In this document: positions 37,201 through 45,346 of the stretch, in pieces
Layout: each line of letters opens with the position of its first letter
How positions within the stretch are numbered: position 1 is the stretch's first letter
DNA from: Tubiluchus corallicola
Taxonomy: Eukaryota; Animalia; Priapulida
Direction of reading: 5' to 3'
Length of the DNA stretch: 64,000 nucleotides
Assembly: GCA_030141605.1 (NCBI GenBank)
Contig: JAQGDQ010000195.1
Coordinates: forward strand, 344,616 to 408,615
The notes under the pieces: model-generated
Seen by the model: the letters and a program-made list of their open reading frames with translations, nothing else
Database searches by the model: none
Told to the model about the DNA's origin: nothing
Translations under genes and position numbers: made by a program

Positions 37201-40200
37201 CTCGTACTCAACATGTTTGAGCTGAAGCACAAGTTCACACATACCTGGGAGTTAAGCACTGAACTTCGTTAAATGTAACAATAGCATCGCCCGTCGCCTG
37301 TAATACACTGGCCTTTGCTAAAACTTTCTCGTAGAAATTCTGAAAAAGGGAAACAAAAAAAATTTGAGTGCGAGCGGTTTACTTGCATAATTGACCCGCT
37401 GAATGTTCAAAAGAAGACAGGATCATTTTTCATTTGCTGCCCTATTTTCAAGTCCGATAAAAAGTATACCTTACAACACGATTAATACTACAAAAGCATT
37501 TCTGATAATTAATAGATTAAAAACTTAATTAACGGCGGGCGAGCATCACAAACTAACACAAGTTTCAAAAGCAAAAATATTCCAAAAGCGTGTTGTACAT
37601 ATTCGCGAAAGCGAAAATTGAAGTACAGTACTACTGTAAGATATTCAGTGTGTTGTACTAAAGCTAGGCAATTTTTAAAGATAAAAATTTAAATTTCAAA
37701 TTTGACGCTGTGCTCACGCATGAGCTGTCGAACGTGTGTTGTTCTTCAAAAACTAACACATCTCAAGTGAAAGGTACAGCACCTGTTTTTGTGCAACTGT
37801 TTCCAAATGGAGCTGCTAGTGGCCGTCTATCTAGCGAATAGCAAAATGTATGTAACAGCAAAGAACTAGTAGCGCGAACGTGAAGTTGTGTTTGTGTGGT
37901 AGTAATTCTTTGACGTAAGTCATTTTTTATCATCACTTATTAAATACACCCACAACGATCATTACAGCAAAGCAAAGAATTTAATAACATATTTATTATT
38001 ATGCACCCAAGATACCAAGCTTCAAATGACTCGTGTGGTACTGCAAGTGAATGTGGATCGAGAAAAGTAAAAAAGAGCAGTTCAGAAGGAGAGAAGAAAA
38101 GTTGAAAGAGAAAGAAAGAGAAAGATGCTATGGTATCTGTATGAAGTAGCGCGAACTATAGAAATCCACACAGCCAGCAACGTGATGGATTTCGACAGGG
38201 ACAGCAGAGTAATTCGTCAAATTTATTTATTCCATATAATTAGAAGATTTCATTTCAAAAATTTCCTTTGAAGTTATTTATAAGTGAAATCTTTTCTAAT
38301 TATATAGAATAAATAAATTTGACTAATTACACTGCTCTTCCGGTCGGAATCCATCACATAGTTTGTGATGAACTACAAACGTTCGACAGCTCATGCGTGT
38401 GCATGTAGGTAAATTTGAAATTTGGATTTTTTTCTTAAAACTTGCCATAGAAATTTTTGAAAAAATAGTATGTTTCTTTTTAATATATTACAAGGAGTAG
38501 ATTGTTTTGAACTACAGTTTCAGATCTGTTTCGGTTTTGGTTTAACCGAAAATTTGCTTTCAATGTGCATAGCGCATAGGTCCTTGCTTGGCATGCATGA
38601 TCTATTGTGATGATGATCATTTCTAATTTTTGCAGAAATCACACAAATAGCTAAACACAAGCGCAAACTGAATAAATTATTCCATCTAAATTAGACTCAC
38701 TGAAGGGAAAAGCAGGAAAAAGTAGTAAGAGGAAAAAGAAAAACGTATTTTACTTTGTTTTAACCTACCAGTCACACTATACCATACCACACGAGGTAAA
38801 CATTTCATAACACAATATTCAAGTAGGCAATGTTGAATGAACTGATGGAATGTATTAATATATTCACAAATAAATGTAAAAAAATTCCTATTCTTGAATC
38901 CTGATTCACAGAAGAAGCTGCACGGTACCTTTACAGGGTCCCCATCTAGCTCATTTGGTGGAACGTGAAATCGTAATTCCGTCAGCGACACCGGAGCGTC
39001 GTCATTCTGATGAAACTCCAGGACAACTTCATTCTTACTGGTCGTCGTCCGGGAAACGTTGTTCAGCGGAATCTCAAAAGCCATTTTATTATGCACATCG
39101 AACGACAACGATTCGCCTGCGAAAGACAACAGAAAGTGAAAAATTAAAAACACGCATTAATTAAAAGTGCAAATAAGGAAAATCAACGTCTACGTAGACT
39201 AGGCCTGTAACGATACATCGATGCATCGTGATACCTTTTGTACCCGTCACAATGCACCAGTATCGCAATAATGTGAATCATTGATATTTAGCACAAGTAA
39301 GACAGTCCGCTGATAAAAACAGTGTGCAATAATTAAAGCTGCAGCTGTAGAGCTACAATCAATGCACTGAGTGCAGCATATATAGGCAGCTTTACACAGG
39401 TAGACCTGCTGCTAGCAGCCAGCCAAAGCAAAGCAGTTCAAAGCACGATGTGTTTATAATAATGTATAGTAAGCTAATTACATTTTTGTTCATGAGTTTC
39501 TGAAATGACTTGCAGCAAATGTGAACTAGAAAATGCACCAGCATATTTTAAATCCAAAAGCATTGAAATGTTTTGCATTTCTGGTGGTTTACAATGCAAA
39601 TAATGCAAGAGTATAAACAGAAATCAAACAGTTTGCTGAATTATTTTAGCACTTACCAATTTTAAAATTGTTTAATAAATCTAATATATACATATAATAT
39701 ATCAACAGCTTAATCTAGTTTTTTTATTAAAGCCTGCAAACAACTCAATGTGTATCGTGATACGTATCGTATCTTGACTTTGGTGTATCGTTACAGCCCT
39801 AATGCAGATTACGTAACGCACAAATCAAATTACATGCCACGACAAACTTATTTTGATGCACGCAGTCCTAAGACAGTGCTTTTTCTTGTTCAATCACGTC
39901 AACTCTAAAAGTAAATTTTATTAAAAAAAACAATAGTTAATTGTATGACTTAATTTCATGTTTCTAACTGTTCGGAAATGACAAGTGAACATTCTTGTCA
40001 GGGACAGCAACGTAATTAGTCAAATTGATTTATTCTGTATAATTAGAAAAGGTTTCAGTTTTAAGATTACTTTGGAAGTTATTTATACATAAAGAATTTT
40101 TATCTGTATCTCGACACTAGGCGGAGGAACTGCTCAAGCAGCCAACGGCTAGAGGGCGGAGGAGGTCAAGTGACCCAATGGGCATGTGTAGAGGAGTAAA

Positions 40201-43200
40201 CCTTCCAAATCAAGAGTGGAGCCCCGAAGGCGGACCAGTGCAGCATGCTCACTGACTCCGGCAGCCAACCTGGTGCCAAACGTATCGTTCCACTTTCCTT
40301 TGGACTACACCAACAAGGAAGAGAGGGGGTTCCTGTTGTCTGAGCAACTCAGGATCTCCATGCACCTTGCCCAGGCGTGCGCCCTGGAGACGTTCAAGGA
40401 TCGGACTGCTCAGCCACAGATGACACTGCAGCTCCATCAATGTGATCAATAACTGACTCTCTTGGCGCACACTCCAGTGTCTTCCAAGACAGAAGGATGC
40501 CAACCAGTATTCTAACGATAATTTTAACTTTCTCATAATTGGATACTTTCAAACGTTGCACACCACGATTAAGTATATGCTTTGCAATAACAGATCATAG
40601 CATCCTTAACAAAATAACTTTAACTCTCAGCATCAGTCGGATACAAATGCTAAAGAAATTAGAATTACAAAAGCATAGATCTAAACTTCTGCACAGAGTT
40701 TCTCTGCAATAACGCTCAGACTAGAATTTAGTCAGATTTACCATTAAATTTCGCACCGCCCCAGTTCCAGCCACGAAGGGATATTTCTGAATCACCCATC
40801 TCGTCGTCGAAATGCTCTTTTATGAAAGCCGACAGTTTGTCACGATCCTGAAATGTGTAAGTTTTGGATCAGAACATTAAGCAACAGCAAAAGTGCTAGT
40901 TGAGAAGCACAACGTTTTGTGTAACTATAACAATTTTACATTATAAAAAAATTAAAAATAATAATTTACTGAATGTTTGTAATGCCAAAACATGTCAATA
41001 ATGGACTACAGTATTTGATATGTTCGTGGCTTATAATACGTCTTACAATATACAAATGTATGCATTAAACAATAAGCAATTTACAAGTGACAAACATTTA
41101 ATTTTGAGTAAGCAACTGCTATTGACAGAAGATTTTTCCTCTTGCTGATACATTTTCACAAACTTGTAAACTCCCTTTCCTTTTAGATAGAAGTTATATA
41201 AAAGTATATTTCTTTAATTTGAAACGTAAAACGCAATAATGATTATAACATCGTTCTTTCGGGGAATGCAGGACGCGGCCACGTTTTTCCATGGCTAACC
41301 CTCGGCCAGGGTTGCCGTTTTGTATGATGCTCATTATATTGGAGGCTAAAAAGTATGGAATTTTCAACCAAATATGTGTTAATGGCTGCATAGTGTTGCC
41401 ACTTATGCCATAATTATCAGAACACACACGTTCGTTGTACAAAAGACAGACTATACAATAATCGTTAATTATACGATAATTTAGTAATGCGAAACTAAAA
41501 AAGAAAGAGTGAAAAAATGTGCATTGAAAAAATTTAAAACATTACTGTTAACCAGCGGGAAATAAACAAACAGTGATTTCAAGTGACTTTGAATATTCCA
41601 CAATTCAGTTTTAAACATTCACAAAACTTTAAAAAAAAAATTCCTGCCTCCCTACTGACCTCTTCTGAGCTCATGAGGAAAAACAGAAACAAATAATTTT
41701 CTATTATTAGGCCTAATACACTTACTTACAAGCAAGAAACCGATACTCACCGTCTCTTTGAAACCACGGAACCGATGTAGAGCACCGCTCTTTGTTATAA
41801 GTCTGAGTGCGTAACCCACCGGCAAACGAATCCAATGCGATTCCTCAACATCGGCTGAAGCAATGTGTTCCACTTTTCCAGTTTTGTTGTTACGAAATAT
41901 AATAGCATCGTTACTGAACTTCAAGCGGCCAGGATACTAAAATTTTAACACAAGCAAATAAGATTAGCAAGTTTTCAAATTTCGGCACGTAATCTGAAGA
42001 CATGAAGGCCTAGAGATAACAAGTAATAAGAAACTCAAAGAATTTTTCAAACTCGTGAAGCTTTATATCTAGGCCTGTAACAATACATCGAAGCAATGTG
42101 ATACCATTTGTAATGATACGTGTATCGGCAAAATGCACCAGCATCACAATAATGTGAATCATTGATGTTTAGCACAAGCTAGACTGTCCGCTGATAAAGA
42201 CAGTGTGAAATAATTTCAAGCTACAGCTGTAGAGCTACAATCAGTGCAATGAGTGCAGCATATATGGGCAGCTTTACACAGGTAGACCTGCTGCTAGCAG
42301 CCAGAAAAAGCAAAGCAGTTGAAAGCACGATGTGTTTATAATAATTTATAGTAAGCTAATTATGTTTTTGCTTATAAGTTTCTGAAATGGCTTGTAGCAA
42401 ATGTGGACTAGAAAATGCACCAGGATATTTTAAATCAAAAAGTATTGAAATGTTTTGCATTTCTGGTGGTTTACAATGCAAATAATACAAGAGTATAAAC
42501 AGAAATCAAACAGTTTGTTGAATTATTTTAGCACTTAGCAATTTTAAAATTGTTTGATAAATCTAATATATACATATAATATATCAACAGCTTAATCTAG
42601 TTTTTTTATTAAAGCCTGCAAACGTTAACTCAATGTGTATCGTGATACGTATCGTATCATGAGGTTAGTATCACGATATGTATCGCATCGTGACCTTAGG
42701 TGCATCGTCACAGCCCACTTAAATCAAAACTACGGCCATTGTTTTACCCAAGCCTATACATATATGCATATTATAAGCTTGTGTTGGGATCGATTAATCG
42801 GTTATAATCGATGTAGACTTTTATTTCCAATCATCTATCATGTTTTCAGATGCCGATACAAATTGACTACGTTACCTAAGGCCGTTCGCATCGATTTTTT
42901 TGAAAACCGCAAAATTCGCGTGATAAACATAAACGTTATTGTGGTGAAATCAAGCAATAGGGCACTATCTTTGCGTAGTAACTTCTCGCCATGCGGATGC
43001 TGCGAAGGTTTCTCATAAACAGGAATGCGTGGTTTTAGCAAACTTTCTTAACAAAAATTGTAAACAAAAATAAGTGGGTTTTGCTGGATTGTTTTGTAAA
43101 CTCCAAGCTAATAAAATAAGGTCATTTAAAACTTATTGTAGACGTATTTCATACTTTTTCTACCAACATTGTATATAAGCCTAACAGCAGCGGTTAACGC

Positions 43201-43442
43201 AATAAAACCGTTACACTAAGTGTTATTTGTCAAAAATTTCTGAATTACTACATTTTTATGCCTATAAACTGATTATAATCAATTATCGATTCCGCATGTG
43301 ATTAGCAGATTATGAAAATGAAACCGATGTCCCTCCACTATCATAATGAACTCAAAGATTGCCACTATGGGTTTGTTTTAACACTTACAAATACGCCTCT
43401 GGCTTCATGAGACACATCAATAAACTCCAGAGCATCAGACAT
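15513..43442 (-). CDS. SSRP1: FACT complex subunit SSRP1, complete, 16 coding exons, 718 aa
   Basis: Starts [16 protein letters not shown]; motifs [64 protein letters not shown], an acidic linker and the HMG box [18 protein letters not shown]. Sixteen exons sum to 2157 nt with consistent phases. Confidence 0.97.
15792..16246. mobile_element. Tc1/mariner (Tc2/pogo-like) MITE
   Basis: 29-bp perfect TIR ccgtattttcccgtgtataagagaccctt, TA TSD on both sides, internal tgtataagagacccc repeats. Confidence 0.92.
17271..17418 (-). CDS. SSRP1: SSRP1 exon 15 KPKKPK...[10 protein letters not shown]
   Basis: 148 nt, GT-AG; conserved KSKEYI/KSKEFV-type motif. Confidence 0.88.
17481..18097 (+). mobile_element. 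Unclassified TIR MITE (gtgcttgca...tgcaagcac family), copy 1
   Basis: Colinear with 20865-21821 and with the reverse complement of 46714-47346; TIR includes ccataagtcggc / gccgac.tatgg. Confidence 0.78.
18125..18618 (+). mobile_element. MITE (cagtggctcg family), copy A
   Basis: gtggctcgtagctaaaattagtgggggtgctgc start and 3' half shared with 30212-30800. Confidence 0.65.
18748..19252. mobile_element. Possible PIF/Harbinger-like MITE with internal duplication
   Basis: gcacgttcacact ... agtatgaatgcacc termini; internal ~195-bp duplication (ttcagacta...gagttactctctgacagtaa). Confidence 0.45.
19443..19555 (-). CDS. SSRP1: SSRP1 exon 14 [21 protein letters not shown]
   Basis: 113 nt, GT-AG; end of HMG box. 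Confidence 0.9.
19855..20030. repeat. ~32-bp minisatellite (ttttccaccaatgatgtcattttaaaccccat)
   Basis: 5-6 units. Confidence 0.88.
20094..20415 (+). mobile_element. Dispersed repeat with Helitron-like CTAG end, copy A
   Basis: Colinear with 22306-22625; both copies end ttttgcggggcctttgCTAG|t. Confidence 0.55.
20533..20724 (-). CDS. SSRP1: SSRP1 exon 13, HMG box [25 protein letters not shown]
   Basis: 192 nt, GT-AG. Confidence 0.93.
20865..21821 (+). mobile_element. Same MITE family, copy 2, interrupted by ~400 bp at ~21370-21770
   Basis: Similarity to copy 1 stops near 21368 and resumes at aacgtagttttaactatgcc (~21772). Confidence 0.7.
22306..22625 (+). mobile_element. Dispersed repeat with Helitron-like CTAG end, copy B
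   Basis: Colinear with 20094-20415. Confidence 0.55.
22714..22898 (-). CDS. SSRP1: SSRP1 exon 12 EDFDP...VAEEYDSN...KKAKTV
   Basis: 185 nt, GT-AG. Confidence 0.9.
22993..23616 (-). repeat. (GTT/GCT)n microsatellite joined to a ~400-bp dispersed repeat, copy A
   Basis: 23213-23615 is nearly identical to 28264-28670. Confidence 0.85.
24005..24149 (-). CDS. SSRP1: SSRP1 exon 11 DTKNVDV...[12 protein letters not shown]
   Basis: 145 nt, GT-AG. Confidence 0.9.
24178..24310. repeat. (GATAC/GATAT)n degenerate repeat
   Basis: Direct reading. Confidence 0.7.
25015..25615. repeat. 24-bp minisatellite (gcagtgtggagtggatctcggctt)
   Basis: About 25 units. Confidence 0.95.
25743..25815 (-). CDS. SSRP1: SSRP1 exon 10 [24 protein letters not shown]
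   Basis: 73 nt, GT-AG. Confidence 0.92.
26195..26442 (+). repeat. Dispersed repeat, inverted copy at ~60900-61130
   Basis: gcgctacgaatgct...ttatctaaacttgtttcaaa...caaaatggctgcatctaa matches the reverse complement of 60960-61055. Confidence 0.65.
26671..27200. mobile_element. Kolobok-like MITE
   Basis: TTAA|aggaaaaccaga ... tctggttttcct|TTAA. Confidence 0.8.
27703..27924 (-). CDS. SSRP1: SSRP1 exon 9 [13 protein letters not shown]...FNSIDK
   Basis: 222 nt, GT-AG. Confidence 0.94.
28079..28775 (-). repeat. (GTT/GCT)n microsatellite joined to a ~400-bp dispersed repeat, copy B
   Basis: See copy A; 28705-28775 re-duplicates an internal segment. Confidence 0.85.
29191..29867. repeat. 31-bp minisatellite (gccattacttctgatagtcctttcaactgta)
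   Basis: About 22 units. Confidence 0.95.
29913..30041 (-). CDS. SSRP1: SSRP1 exon 8 [11 protein letters not shown]...[11 protein letters not shown]
   Basis: 129 nt, GT-AG. Confidence 0.93.
30212..30800 (+). mobile_element. MITE (cagtggctcg family), copy B
   Basis: TIR ggtggctcgt / acgagccacc; shares segments with 18125-18618. Confidence 0.68.
31238..31341 (-). CDS. SSRP1: SSRP1 exon 7 [16 protein letters not shown]...
   Basis: 104 nt, GT-AG. Confidence 0.93.
31670..32080. repeat. 54-bp minisatellite containing TGAGTCA
   Basis: gattgttctgatctgttttaacaaacttaacaaattgtctgagtcacaagcaac, about 7.5 units. Confidence 0.93.
32350..32485 (-). CDS. SSRP1: SSRP1 exon 6 [24 protein letters not shown]...MFFV
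   Basis: 136 nt, GT-AG. Confidence 0.93.
32830..37237. repeat. 51-bp satellite array, ~4.4 kb (~86 units), in SSRP1 intron 5
   Basis: gagctgaagcacgagttcccacgtatttacttgctcgtactcaacatgttt. Confidence 0.97.
37245..37339 (-). CDS. SSRP1: SSRP1 exon 5 [10 protein letters not shown]...QCLTPR
   Basis: 95 nt, GT-AG. Confidence 0.92.
37660..38450. mobile_element. Non-autonomous DNA element with ~80-bp TIRs
   Basis: aaatttcaaattt...cacgcatgagctgtcgaacgt mirrors acgttcgacagctcatgcgtg...aaatttgaaattt. Confidence 0.65.
38929..39116 (-). CDS. SSRP1: SSRP1 exon 4 ESLSFDV...[17 protein letters not shown]
   Basis: 188 nt, GT-AG. Confidence 0.92.
39200..39801. mobile_element. hAT-like MITE, copy A
   Basis: TIR taggcctgtaacgatac / gtatcgttacagcccta; degenerate 8-bp TSD acgtagac/atgcagat. 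Confidence 0.82.
40104..40504 (+). mobile_element. 5'-truncated copy of the same SINE3 (body and tail, no 5S head)
   Basis: Colinear with the reverse complement of 51777-52177 (ctgtatctcgacactaggcgga...cagaaggatgccaac). Confidence 0.88.
40742..40847 (-). CDS. SSRP1: SSRP1 exon 3 DRDKLS...[11 protein letters not shown]
   Basis: 106 nt, GT-AG. Confidence 0.92.
41751..41936 (-). CDS. SSRP1: SSRP1 exon 2 [10 protein letters not shown]...FRGFKET
   Basis: 186 nt, GT-AG. Confidence 0.92.
42070..42717. mobile_element. hAT-like MITE, copy B (same family as 39200)
   Basis: Colinear with 39200-39801; 8-bp TSD tttatatc/cttaaatc. Confidence 0.82.
42779..43340. mobile_element. Probable hAT-like MITE
   Basis: gtgttgggatcgattaatcgg ... 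ccgatgtccctccacta imperfect TIR; subterminal atcgat/aatcgg repeats. Confidence 0.45.
43389..43442 (-). CDS. SSRP1: SSRP1 coding exon 1 [18 protein letters not shown]
   Basis: ATG at 43442; |gtaagt donor. Confidence 0.9.
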
Positions 43443-44236
43443 TTGGATTGCTATTAGCAATTTCTATGAGACTCCACTGCAACCAATCTTCAGTGTGACA
43501 AAGTGATTTCTGTCTTGTTCTCGTTTCAGCTTCTCAGCTGATTAGCATCTTATATGCACTCAATAAGAAAGCAAACCTTAAAAAGTCTCTGCAGGAAATA
43601 AAAGTTTAAATTTACGTGTATATAAACAAAAAAAAATCAAAAAAGAGAAAAGAAATTTACAAAACAGATGATTTCCTGGTCTTTAAACAGTGATAATTTC
43701 AAGGTTTAAGAGAGTAAAAACAAAATTGCAAATTCTTCTAGTCAATTACTGTTGCAATTTTTGGAAGACATAACCATACATGTGATGCACATAGTAGCCT
43801 ACAGAAACACCATGAATAGTATTACTATTACTAGAAAAGATTACATGGCAAAACCAAATTGAAACAACAAAACAAGCTAGCTACTTGGGGCTATTATTAA
43901 TTAAGTTAAATGTGTAACCAATGAAACAAGTTAACTTGGGAACTGTTTTCTTTTACAGTTTGGTTACCTAAGTATCAAGGTGCTAGAAAAATTTTGATTA
44001 GGGCTGATTAAATAATTATTTTCGCCGGCCTTCTGAAAAAGTAAAACGACCAAATGTTCCGTCGAGCAAAATAAGATTAAAATAAAAAACGCATGTAGGC
44101 ACAGGGCAGGCAGATCCTAAAATAAAGAATTAAAAATGTGATTTAAAAACACGAAAATCAAAACTCAGACCATGAACTTCGCACACGGTGTTTTGTTTTG
44201 CTAAACGCTAACTAAGTTCATTGCTTTTTCTACAAA

Positions 44237-44245
44237 GGCGGGAAA
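44237..44245 (-). promoter_or_regulatory. E2F-like site (TTTCCCGCC) upstream of SSRP1
   Basis: ggcgggaaa about 0.8 kb upstream of the SSRP1 ATG; motif match only. Confidence 0.3.
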
Positions 44246-45140
44246 TCTTTAAACTAAGCTCTCGATTGCAGACAAGCAATAGCTTGAGAATTTATCGCTC
44301 CTCCATCACGCCCACTCACTGTACTCATTTGTGTTTGCGACTCCCAACTTTCTACACCTAATACGACTATCTAGAATCTGTTTAACACAATAAATACTTT
44401 ATTTTAATTGTTTTTTCACTTTAGTATGTTAACTCAATTTTTTCACTATATTCCAGACATTCATATCCAAACTGCTGAGTTCCGATACCTGATTTTTCAC
44501 CTTTTTCTATTAGCTCTGCATTCAACAACTTCTATCACTCACAATATTTCCAGCAGTACAGTTAACTTCTACACTACAATCTTCTTTCTCCCACAATAGG
44601 CACAGCCTGAATTAGTTTTTGCTGCTTAATCTAACCTTTATCACATTTATAATTAGCCTTGTTCCCTATCACGTAAACAATGTGACTAATTACGTTTAAA
44701 ATAAAAATCAATACATGTAACTAACGGATGTCAATTCGACACTGTGGATTGAAAATTGCCAGCAGGTACAACAATAAACTAGTATCCAAAGCAATGGCCA
44801 GGAGATGATAATAAGCTTAAAATCAAAGACTGGACATAACACTCAGAACTTTAATTACATCTAGCATCCTCCCATACGCAGAAAAAAACAGAGCAAATGT
44901 TATTTTTTCTTAACAACAGGAAAGAATTTATTTTAGTTCCCAAAAGTGATTAATGATGAATTTTCAATTTCAATACTCTACCCTCAAGTATCAGCAACAT
45001 GTCTATCATACAGAAAACATACATATATGAAATATAGTTAGTAAAATTCAAACATAATCTAAAAACATGTAACAAAATAAACACCTTGTGAACAAGATAT
45101 AGAAACTAAACATTTTTCGACATAAAAATAAATAAAATCG

Positions 45141-45346
45141 TCAACTGAGTTTCATCTTTTTGAGCAGAGAGATTTTCCACAGTGAAAGCAAAAGTAGAAA
45201 AAAGTTAATGGCGTACGTTATTACGCAAACAATGCACAGATCATACAGTACAAATATCAGAATGTATGCCAAATACACCGACATGATGTTGCTGACGACA
45301 GCCATATTAAACTGCACGCGGGACCAACCTGCACTCCTTGTCTCAC
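45141..45346 (-). CDS. VKORC1: VKOR exon 3
   Basis: ...[14 protein letters not shown]...KKMKLS*. Confidence 0.93.

Noticed and set aside
29191-37237. Regular 31-, 54- and 51-bp arrays as possible CRISPR arrays
   Set aside because: Units are head-to-tail with no unique spacers, there are no cas genes, and the context is eukaryotic introns.
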